Shown piece by piece: positions 56,097-64,000 of a DNA stretch of 64,000 bases. The notes beneath the pieces were generated by a model. The model had not been told where the DNA came from, made no database searches, and was given only the letters and a program-made list of their open reading frames with translations. Within the stretch, counting starts at the first letter, position 1. Every line of letters begins with the position of its first letter. The position numbers were made by a program, and so were the translations under genes. Source of the stretch: Candidatus Woesearchaeota archaeon (lineage in GTDB: Archaea; Nanobdellota; Nanobdellia; Woesearchaeales; GW2011-AR9); assembly GCA_018655525.1 (NCBI GenBank), contig JABIJM010000020.1, positions 14,091 to 78,090 on the forward strand. Reading direction: 5' to 3'.

Positions 56097-57353
56097 TCAC
56101 TTCAAAATTCCATAACCGATTAATCTAAACCGATCTCCGACTCTTCTGGAAATTGTAATCCTATCTCCAGGATTTGCGCAGATTGGTTTTTTAAGAATAC
56201 AAGTTGTGTTTTTCTTAGAAGGATCTAATACTACACCAACAGTTGCTGCAGAGTTTACATTCAACATAAGAACTTCTTTCTTCGCAAGTGGTTTTACTTC
56301 ATCTTCTTCTTTGGTTCCTACAACGCGTTCAAGAAGATGGGTGTCTAAAGAAATTTGATAATGAACGGGTGGTAATTCCCCAGGTTTTCCAACTAAACTT
56401 CCTGTTAAAGCATCTGATTTTACAATCATTGGATCTAAAGTTGTTCCTAAGGCCATACTTCCACCTGGAAATATTTCATCTACTGGAACTCCGCCTGAAA
56501 AAATCTTTGTAACTTTTGTTTTTACTGGTTTCCAAACCTTTTTGTTTTTTTCTTCAGTCATAAAACCAGGACAGATTTCAATGTCATCACCAACTTTGAA
56601 TGTTCCTTGTTTCACAGTACCACCAAGAACTCCTCCAATAAGATCTTTTGGTTTCATTCCAGGTTTGTTGATGTCAAATGATCGTGCAACAAGCATTAAT
56701 GGTTTTGCTTTCAAATCTTGTTTTATAACTGGCATCTTTTCTTGAATGGTTTTTACTAAAACATCAACATTAACATTTGCTCTTGCTGAAATTGGAATGA
56801 TTGCTGCATTTTTGTAATCGGTATTTGCAAGAAAATCTTTAATTTGTTTATGATTTTTAATTGCTTCTTCTGTTGTTACAAGATCTATTTTATTTTGAAC
56901 AACAATAATATTTTTCATACCGGAAATTTGAAGTGCCATTAAATGTTCTTTTGTTTGTGGTTGAGGGCATTTTTCATTTGCTGCGATCATCAATAATGCA
57001 CCGTCAACAATTGCTGCTCCTGAAAGCATGGTTGCCATTAGAGACTCGTGACCAGGTGCGTCTACTAAGGACATTTTTCTTAGTAATGTTGTTTCAGAAT
57101 TACATTTAATACATTTATTTTTTGTTGTGTAATAATCACATTTGTCACATTTGTAAATTGAAATATCAGCATATCCTAATCTGATGGTAATTCCACGTTT
57201 AAGTTCTTCAGAATGCGTATCTGTCCATTTTCCTGAAAGACGTTCGGTTAAGGTTGTTTTACCATGATCTACATGACCAACTAACGCTAGATTAAATTCT
57301 GGTTGAACATGTTTATCTTTAGATTTTGTTGGTTTTGCTGCTTTTTTAGCCAT
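56097..57353 (-). CDS. eif2g: Translation initiation factor aIF2 gamma subunit
   Basis: QPEFN, GHVDHGKTT, EELKRGITIRLGY, DAPGHE, NKID, RLIGYG. Confidence 0.97.
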   Translation of the reverse strand: MAKKAAKPTKSKDKHVQPEFNLALVGHVDHGKTTLTERLSGKWTDTHSEELKRGITIRLGYADISIYKCDKCDYYTTKNKCIKCNSETTLLRKMSLVDAPGHESLMATMLSGAAIVDGALLMIAANEKCPQPQTKEHLMALQISGMKNIIVVQNKIDLVTTEEAIKNHKQIKDFLANTDYKNAAIIPISARANVNVDVLVKTIQEKMPVIKQDLKAKPLMLVARSFDINKPGMKPKDLIGGVLGGTVKQGTFKVGDDIEICPGFMTEEKNKKVWKPVKTKVTKIFSGGVPVDEIFPGGSMALGTTLDPMIVKSDALTGSLVGKPGELPPVHYQISLDTHLLERVVGTKEEDEVKPLAKKEVLMLNVNSAATVGVVLDPSKKNTTCILKKPICANPGDRITISRRVGDRFRLIGYGILK

Positions 57354-57432
57354 ATTGGCTTAGAACTGTAGGTTATTTATAAAGGTTTAGGGCAGGAATA
57401 AAAAGAGAAAATAAATGATCAAAAAATAAGAA

Positions 57433-57621
57433 TTAATCTTCAGCTCGTTTAAGCCGTGTCATGTAACCTGCAATGATATTACGAATCTTCTTACATTTAA
57501 TGATTGTATATGTATCAACTTGTTTCTTATTACTATCAAAATCTGTTGAGAACTTAGCTCCGTGTTTTTTCAAAAGTTCTTTTGTTTTTCGCTTTGCGAA
57601 TGTGGTTTTAATTCTTCCCAT
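57433..57621 (-). CDS. rps17e: 30S ribosomal protein S17e
   Basis: MGRIKT..KR, FSTDFDSNKK, RNIIAGYMTR. Confidence 0.95.
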   Translation of the reverse strand: MGRIKTTFAKRKTKELLKKHGAKFSTDFDSNKKQVDTYTIIKCKKIRNIIAGYMTRLKRAED

Positions 57622-57794
57622 AATACGTATGTTTGAGTAGGTGGTTTATAAAGATTACGGTATATTTGATCATATTTGAGAATAAAGCACTACTTCCCAA
57701 CATTTTAAATATAAAATAAAATAAAACGCAAAATTACACCACTCCAGTATACATATCCGTAATATTTATATAATAAGCTACCATTTCCTAACCT

Positions 57795-58184
57795 ATGGTT
57801 ATTTTATTTGATAAAAACAATCTAGGAGAGGACATTTACTCTGTAGTTTTTGCAACAGAACAACAGCAATTAGTTGCAAAAATGCTCATAAAATACATGA
57901 AGGAAAATGGTAGAGAGATAGGAAAAACAGAGATGGGATTATTTGCGATGGCGCTCCACGAAGGAAAAGCAATTGTTCAAGAAAAAGGTAGATCTCCATT
58001 AGGTAAAGAACAACGTCTTTCTTATAATAAGCGTCAATTTTATGATAGAATCCTCACACCAATGAGAGGCATGGGATTGATTGAATATGATTTGTATAAA
58101 AAAACGTATAAAATTTCTGATAAATTTAATAAAATGATGATTAAAGTTGGTTTAATGTGGTTACGTGAAGTTGATAAAAAATAA
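57795..58184 (+). CDS. Hypothetical protein, possible winged helix
   Basis: QFYDRILTPMRGMGLIEY..KKTYKIS looks like recognition helix plus wing. Confidence 0.6.
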   Translation: MVILFDKNNLGEDIYSVVFATEQQQLVAKMLIKYMKENGREIGKTEMGLFAMALHEGKAIVQEKGRSPLGKEQRLSYNKRQFYDRILTPMRGMGLIEYDLYKKTYKISDKFNKMMIKVGLMWLREVDKK

Positions 58185-58198
58185 AAAAATAAAAATCA

Positions 58199-59389
58199 TT
58201 AGATAGTATGATCCAATTCTGGAGGAACATCAACTGATTCTTGTTTCAATATTTCTGCTTTATCTGTTTTCTCCCATGTGAAATCTGGATCTTCCCTTCC
58301 GAAGTGCCCATATGCTGCTGTTTTCTGATAGATTGGACGTTTTAAGTTTAGTTGATCTATCATTGCTTTTGGTCGAAAGTTGAAATGTTTCTTTACTAAT
58401 TCAATGATTTTAGTATCTGAAATAGTTCCCGTTCCAAATGTGTCAATGTGAATTGAGACTGGATCTGCAACACCGATTGCATATGCAACTTGCACTTCAC
58501 ATTTTTCTGCTAATCCTGCTGCGACAATATTCTTTGCAACATATCTTCCGTAATATGCACCTGACCGATCTACTTTTGACGGATCTTTGCCTGAGAAACA
58601 TCCGCCACCATGTCGACCATGTCCACCATATGTGTCAACGATAATTTTACGTCCTGTTAATCCTGCATCGCCAACGGGTCCACCAATAACAAATTTGCCG
58701 GTTGGGTTTACAAAATATTTTGTGGTTTCATCAATGTAATCATGACACACTGGCTTGATAACTTTTTCAATCATATCCCTTCTGATAGTTTCTAAAGAGA
58801 CATCTGGATGATGTTGGGTTGATAGCACAACTGCGTCTACACGTTTAATTTTACCATGTTCATATTCTACGGTTACTTGGGATTTTGAATCTGGTCTTAA
58901 GTACCATAATTCTCCACGTTTTCTAATGGATGCAAGTCGTTGGACTAATTTATGTGAAAGCATTAATGATAAGGGCATCAATTCAGGTGTTTCATTAGTT
59001 GCATATCCAAACATTAAGCCTTGGTCTCCAGCTCCTTGTTCTTCATGCAATCCTGTTCCTTCGTCAACTCCTTGCGCGATGTCAGAAGATTGTTCGGAGA
59101 TTGCTGTTAGTACTCCACAGGTTGATCCTTCAAATCCAAATTCTGGTCTGTTATATCCTATTTCACAGATTGTATCACGCACAATTTTCTGAACGTCAAC
59201 ATATGTTGTCGTACGAACTTCTCCACCAACTACGACGAATCCTGTTTTTGTCAAACATTCAACTGCAACACGTGATTCTGGATCTTCTTTAATCATTGCA
59301 TCTAAAATTGCGTCAGAGATTTGGTCACATATTTTATCTGGATGTCCTTCAGATACACTCTCACTCGTAAAAAAATAATTATTTGTCAT
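58199..59389 (-). CDS. metK: S-adenosylmethionine synthetase, bacterial/eukaryotic type
   Basis: [43 protein letters not shown]. Confidence 0.97.
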   Translation of the reverse strand: MTNNYFFTSESVSEGHPDKICDQISDAILDAMIKEDPESRVAVECLTKTGFVVVGGEVRTTTYVDVQKIVRDTICEIGYNRPEFGFEGSTCGVLTAISEQSSDIAQGVDEGTGLHEEQGAGDQGLMFGYATNETPELMPLSLMLSHKLVQRLASIRKRGELWYLRPDSKSQVTVEYEHGKIKRVDAVVLSTQHHPDVSLETIRRDMIEKVIKPVCHDYIDETTKYFVNPTGKFVIGGPVGDAGLTGRKIIVDTYGGHGRHGGGCFSGKDPSKVDRSGAYYGRYVAKNIVAAGLAEKCEVQVAYAIGVADPVSIHIDTFGTGTISDTKIIELVKKHFNFRPKAMIDQLNLKRPIYQKTAAYGHFGREDPDFTWEKTDKAEILKQESVDVPPELDHTI

Positions 59390-59462
59390 TATTAACCACC
59401 TCGTTTGTAGAAAATTTTAGGTAAAGTGATTTAAATATATTATGATACCTTGATTAATAGAA

Positions 59463-60323
59463 CTAATTCCTAATTGCTTGAAAGGCTAAAATATCTTCTG
59501 TACTTAATTTCTTTCCTTTCTTCATCTTTTCTTTAACTTCGTCGGTTTTCTTTTTAGCTTTTGCTTTATAACTTTGTTCAGAATCTTCTTTGAATAATTT
59601 ACTTAGTTCGTCAACACGTTTTTGTAATTCAGATAGTTCTATTTGTGTTGCTTCATATACTTTCTTTAATTCAACATATTTTTGTGCATTTGGTTTTTCT
59701 TCATCACGACATTGTTTGATTTGTTTATACAATGCAAGCATCTCTTCATGTTTCTTTTGAGATTGTTCTGCTTTTTCTTGAACTAGTTTGTGTGATTCTT
59801 GTGCATCCCTTCGTGCTTGAGGTAAGTTAGATGTATTAGATTTTACTTCTTTCCATAATTCTTCTACAGCTGCAACTTTTTTGTATCGTGATTTTAATTC
59901 ATGAAGTGTTTTTCTGATTTCTTTTTCTTTATTAAACTGAAGAGCTTCTGTTTCTAGTTTAACTTCTAATTGGTCAATTTGTTTTTTAAGCATGAATGGT
60001 GTTTCTTTAGAATCAATTTTTCCCTGAAGGCCTTTCTTTTTTTCATCTAATTCTTTTTTAGAAGAAGATTCTTTTTTGACTGCTTCATTTAATTTATTTC
60101 GTTCTTTTTTAAGATCACGTACATCTTTTGTTAATTGATCACGTTCTTCTTTTAATGTTTTAATTTGACTAGTACGTGCTTTAACTTTATCTCTAGAAGA
60201 TCTAATTGCTCTATACGCTTCTTCTTTCTCTTTATTTTGCTGATTTAATTTAGAACGAAGTGTACTTAATTCTCTTTTTTTGGTAGCAAATTCTTGCCGT
60301 AATTGTGTTATGTTTTGTTCCAT
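59463..60323 (-). CDS. Archaeal coiled-coil protein
   Basis: Continuous heptads ending KKGKKLSTEDIL. Confidence 0.75.
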   Translation of the reverse strand: MEQNITQLRQEFATKKRELSTLRSKLNQQNKEKEEAYRAIRSSRDKVKARTSQIKTLKEERDQLTKDVRDLKKERNKLNEAVKKESSSKKELDEKKKGLQGKIDSKETPFMLKKQIDQLEVKLETEALQFNKEKEIRKTLHELKSRYKKVAAVEELWKEVKSNTSNLPQARRDAQESHKLVQEKAEQSQKKHEEMLALYKQIKQCRDEEKPNAQKYVELKKVYEATQIELSELQKRVDELSKLFKEDSEQSYKAKAKKKTDEVKEKMKKGKKLSTEDILAFQAIRN

Positions 60324-60393
60324 GGGACTCTCATAAAATCACTAAAAGTGATTTCAACTTTATTAAAAATAAAAAAATAAAATAAAAAAAGAT

Positions 60394-60696
60394 TTATCCG
60401 AATAATGCGCCTAGACCTGCCGCAGCAGCTTCGTCAGCTTTCCCTTCATCTTCTTTTTTATCTTCTTTCTTCTCTTCAGCTTTTGCTTCTCCTACAGGAG
60501 CAGCAGCAACTGGTGCAGCAACTGCAGCTTTTGCGATTGCTTCTTCAATGTTTACACCTTGAAGTGCAGCGACTAAAGCTTTAATTCTTGCTTCGTCAAC
60601 TTGGACACCTGCAGCAGTTAAAACTGCTTTAACAGTATCTTCAGTAACGTCTTTTCCTGCTTTATGCAGTAACATTGCAGCGTAAATGTATTCCAT
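60394..60696 (-). CDS. rpl12: 50S ribosomal stalk protein P1 (L12p)
   Basis: [11 protein letters not shown], Ala-rich hinge, GLGALFG. Confidence 0.96.
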   Translation of the reverse strand: MEYIYAAMLLHKAGKDVTEDTVKAVLTAAGVQVDEARIKALVAALQGVNIEEAIAKAAVAAPVAAAPVGEAKAEEKKEDKKEDEGKADEAAAAGLGALFG

Positions 60697-60831
60697 TTTA
60701 TTTCCTCCGAGTTTCCTGAGGAGTGACTAGAAACACTTAGAAATTTTTCACAAAATTTCTGGTGTCCAAAAAATTGATTTACAATTTTTTTGGATTTTTA
60801 ATTTCTAATTTCCTCTAGGTTTCTAATTTAA

Positions 60832-61674
60832 CTATTCAATTTTAGCTTCTGTTTTCACAGAGTGAGCTTGAGCTTCAGCTTTCGCCAAGATTTCATCCCT
60901 TGTTTCTTCAGTAAGGATGCTTTGTTCCACACCAACAGCCTTTGCTTCTCTGAATGCTTTTTGAAGTAAGACTTCGGTAGTGTCAGCAGTTGGGTACGCA
61001 GCTTCTACAGCTAAGTTGAAAGCCCAAGATGCTGCTTGTGTAAAGTTCGCAGTGTATTCAGCTTCATCAACATGTAGTTGTTTAGCATTATAAACTAAAC
61101 CATCTTCCCATACTGCAACTAAATCTAAACCTACTTCCATAGGTTTAATGTCCAAACGTTTTAATGATTCTGCTAAATTTGCAGAGATCACATCTCCTTC
61201 TTTTGCAACAACAGCATCATTGATAATGGCTAACTTACCACCTTCAACTTTTGTTTTAATTCCTACTGCTGCTAATTCTGAGATGATTGGACCAGGAGCG
61301 AAGTTTGTTGCACCAGCTTTAACGATAACGTCTTTAGGTGCAATTTGACCTTCTTTTGCAGGCGCTTCAGATTTATTCTTCTGAAGTGTTGCATATAATG
61401 TGAAAGGATTTGATTCTGTAAATATTAATGCAGGCATTCCTTTAATTTTATCTTTTAATTCCTGAATATTTTCTTTTCCAGATTGTTCAAATGCTAATTG
61501 TAATAATTTTTTTCGTGCCATCTGGATTTTTACGCCAGATTTACGAAGTGTTGCTCGCATATTTTGTAATTGTTGTGCAGGAAGTGCTTCCATATTCACA
61601 ATACCTATAATAGGAGAAGATTTAATTTGATTAACAAGTTCTTGTACTAACTTTTTCTTATTTTCACTTACCAT
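60832..61674 (-). CDS. rpl10: 50S ribosomal protein L10 (P0)
   Basis: QLQNMR, NPFTL, APAKEGQIAP, TNFAPGP, LDIKPMEVGL. Confidence 0.94.
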   Translation of the reverse strand: MVSENKKKLVQELVNQIKSSPIIGIVNMEALPAQQLQNMRATLRKSGVKIQMARKKLLQLAFEQSGKENIQELKDKIKGMPALIFTESNPFTLYATLQKNKSEAPAKEGQIAPKDVIVKAGATNFAPGPIISELAAVGIKTKVEGGKLAIINDAVVAKEGDVISANLAESLKRLDIKPMEVGLDLVAVWEDGLVYNAKQLHVDEAEYTANFTQAASWAFNLAVEAAYPTADTTEVLLQKAFREAKAVGVEQSILTEETRDEILAKAEAQAHSVKTEAKIE

Positions 61675-61675
61675 C

Positions 61676-62317
61676 TTAGATATCCACCGGTTTCCCCATT
61701 GTTAATTTGATAGAAGTGTTTTTGATGTTTTGATCTTCATTTGGTAATTGTTTCACTGATGTAGTATACACAGTTAAGATATTATCAATAATTTCGTTTT
61801 CAGGTTGATCTTCTTTTCCAACCATACATTGTAAGTTTGTTGCTTTTGTTGCTCTCATACGTACGGTTTGTTTTAATTTTTTCATTAAAGGTTCCAAATT
61901 TGCATTCGGAGGAACAACACATCCTAATTTAGGATTAGGCATCTTTCCTTTAGGACCAAATACACGTCCTACTGCTGCTGCCACCTTTGGCATAAGTGTT
62001 GCTTGTGCAATAAAATAATCGTAAGATTCAGCTAATTTCTTTGCTGCTTTTTTGTCTTTCTGATATTTTGGAAAATCATTTTCTGTGATCACAAAATCGC
62101 ATACTTTTTCTGCTTGTTCCGCTAATTCTGAACCAACAAATGCCGCAATTTTTACAGGCCTACCTTTTGGATGATTTAATGTTACAAAGAAATCTACTGG
62201 ATTTGATTTAACAACCAGGTTTTTTAAGTTTATAATAAGATCATAAGATTGTATGAACTTACGTTTTGGTTGCTTCTTTAATTCTTCTAATGCTTTTTGA
62301 ATATCTTGTTTGTTCAT
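61676..62317 (-). CDS. rpl1: 50S ribosomal protein L1
   Basis: KRKFIQSYDLIINLK, GPKGKMP, KLTMGKP. Confidence 0.95.
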   Translation of the reverse strand: MNKQDIQKALEELKKQPKRKFIQSYDLIINLKNLVVKSNPVDFFVTLNHPKGRPVKIAAFVGSELAEQAEKVCDFVITENDFPKYQKDKKAAKKLAESYDYFIAQATLMPKVAAAVGRVFGPKGKMPNPKLGCVVPPNANLEPLMKKLKQTVRMRATKATNLQCMVGKEDQPENEIIDNILTVYTTSVKQLPNEDQNIKNTSIKLTMGKPVDI

Positions 62318-62322
62318 TTCAT

Positions 62323-62349
62323 GCCTCCTACATAATGTAGTCTTAACGG
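62323..62349 (-). promoter_or_regulatory. Putative L1-binding autoregulatory leader overlapping the SD
   Basis: CCGTTAAGACTAC-ATTAT-GTAGGAGGC: CTAC/GTAG and CC/GG helices around an asymmetric loop, mimicking the 23S L1 site. Confidence 0.7.
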
Positions 62350-62460
62350 TATTAAGCTTAGGATAAGAGGTTATTTATAAAGGTATTGGTTGGAATACAA
62401 ATTATGATGTGTTTTGGAAAAAGTTTAAACTTGAGTTCATTTCAACTACATAGAAAAAGT

Positions 62461-62808
62461 CTATTCAACTTTGTACCAATCTTTTGGCATTTCTTCTTCA
62501 CTACCAACGGGCTGCGTCATTAACCAAGCAGTTTGCTGTGCATCATTAAAACTGTCTCTTCTTTCCGTGGAAGCAGGAACGGAGTCATATTCCTCTGACG
62601 TAACCAGATTAGGAACTAAATAGCTACGAGAATATATTTCTTTCCAACTTGCAACTTGTAAACTTCTTGCTGCATCTCGGATTATTGTGCATGGTTCAGC
62701 ATTTGCGAGAAGTTTTTCTACATCTGGAAATGCATCTAATTTACGTTGATCTTCAGCTGTGATTACAATTTCATCAATTGGCATACTAAAAGGGATATTA
62801 TTAGGCAA
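62461..62808 (-). CDS. Hypothetical protein
   Basis: 115-aa ORF directly downstream of dnaJ. Confidence 0.5.
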   Translation of the reverse strand: MPNNIPFSMPIDEIVITAEDQRKLDAFPDVEKLLANAEPCTIIRDAARSLQVASWKEIYSRSYLVPNLVTSEEYDSVPASTERRDSFNDAQQTAWLMTQPVGSEEEMPKDWYKVE

Positions 62809-62817
62809 TATAAAAAC

Positions 62818-63924
62818 TTACCCAAAAATCTTCTTCAAGAAGCCCTTCTGTGGTTTTTCTTCTTTCAATTGTTTGATAAGATCTTTTTGTTTCTTGGACA
62901 ATTTCTTAGGTACTTCTATCCGTACTTTGACCATTTGATCTCCTTTGCCACCATAGCGGACATGAGGTAGGCCTTGGTCTTTCATTCTCAGAATTGTTTC
63001 AGATGCTGTTCCCGCTGATACTTTTAGCATAGCTTTTCCATCAATGGTTGGAACTTCGACCTCATCTCCAAGAACTGCTTGTGAAAATGAAATTGGTAAG
63101 GTAATATGTAAATCCCCTTCCTCTCGTTTGAAAAATTTATGAGGTGCAACATGAATTACGACAAATAAATCACCAGAAGGTCCACCATTTTGGCCAACTT
63201 CTCCTTCCCCAGAAACACGCAAACGCATGCCATCTTCAATTCCTTCGGGGATAGTAACTTCAAGTTCCTTATCTTTTCTTATTAATCCATCTCCCCCACA
63301 TTTTTTACATGAATCTTGAGGAAGTTCTCCTTTTCCATGACAATAGGGACATGGTGCATTTTGTTGAAAGATGCCAAACGGCGTTCGTTGTGTTTGTTTA
63401 ATATATCCTGAAGAATGACAATGGTCACAACTATTGAATTTGGTTGCACCTTTTCCGTTACAGGATTCACAATGTTCTACTTTATTAAAACGTAATGTTT
63501 CTTTTTTACCTTTTGCAACATCTTCTAAGGTGATTGTTAATTCATACGCTAAGTCAGACCCTTGTCTTTGACGAGTTCCTCTTCTCCTACCAGATCCACC
63601 AAATAGTTGATCAAATACGTCTCCAAAATCACCGAAGTTTCCACCCCTAAATTGAGACATAACATCTGAGAAATCATATGCTTGCTGTCCTCCACCTTGG
63701 AATGCTGAATCACCAAACTGGTCGTATTGTTGTCGTTTTTTTTCATCACCTAAAATGGATGCAGCTTCGTTAATTTCTTTGAATTTCTCTTCATATGCGA
63801 CTTTTTTATCTTCTGGAGCACGATCTGGATGAAATTTCATCGCAAGCTTTTTGTATGCTTTTTTGATTTCAACTTTTGTAGCAGATTTCTCTACACCTAA
63901 TAATTTATAATAATCTATGCTCAT
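62818..63924 (-). CDS. dnaJ: Chaperone DnaJ
   Basis: J domain HPD, G/F region, four CxxCxGxG-type repeats. Confidence 0.97.
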   Translation of the reverse strand: MSIDYYKLLGVEKSATKVEIKKAYKKLAMKFHPDRAPEDKKVAYEEKFKEINEAASILGDEKKRQQYDQFGDSAFQGGGQQAYDFSDVMSQFRGGNFGDFGDVFDQLFGGSGRRRGTRQRQGSDLAYELTITLEDVAKGKKETLRFNKVEHCESCNGKGATKFNSCDHCHSSGYIKQTQRTPFGIFQQNAPCPYCHGKGELPQDSCKKCGGDGLIRKDKELEVTIPEGIEDGMRLRVSGEGEVGQNGGPSGDLFVVIHVAPHKFFKREEGDLHITLPISFSQAVLGDEVEVPTIDGKAMLKVSAGTASETILRMKDQGLPHVRYGGKGDQMVKVRIEVPKKLSKKQKDLIKQLKEEKPQKGFLKKIFG

Positions 63925-64000
63925 TGTGAAGTCTCCATTTTTTGTTTTAATTCTTTTGGCATGAAAGGTAAATGTTGAAATAATTTTTTTTCTAAATCGT

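Noticed and set aside
63921-64000. Possible 3' end of an upstream gene on - strand (…DLEKKLFQHLPFMPKELKQKMETSQ*) overlapping the dnaJ start
   Set aside because: Too short to identify or support within this window

Overview
AT-rich archaeal chromosome segment. Archaeal markers (SRP54, aIF2-gamma, L1/P0/P1, L37e, S17e, Sm, class I LysRS, CarS, Dph2, BHB tRNA introns, TATA boxes often about 20-30 nt before start codons) mixed with many bacterial-type genes point to a DPANN lineage, probably Woesearchaeota (inference). Main points: (1) Two free-standing double-motif LAGLIDADG genes each run into a tRNA gene and stop inside a tRNA intron. They share a 30-nt upstream motif (27/30 identical) exactly 20 nt before the ORF start, suggesting a tRNA-targeting homing system. 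(2) All four tRNAs carry introns (8 in total, 6 non-canonical), including a triple-intron tRNA-Arg(UCG) and a rare tRNA-Ile(UAU). (3) A cluster of exported, apparently peptidoglycan-directed proteins (vWA-OmpA lipoprotein, Tat-exported M23 peptidase, lysozyme/SLT-like protein). (4) An NrdR / two class II RNR / PduO locus with tandem NrdR boxes. (5) Two unexplained ~110-nt structured elements, a permuted L1-binding leader, a Cc1-like/H1-like chromatin protein, a split Dph2 and several unusual domain fusions. No rRNA operon, CRISPR array or transposase was recognised. All protein calls are by motif recognition only; no searches were run.
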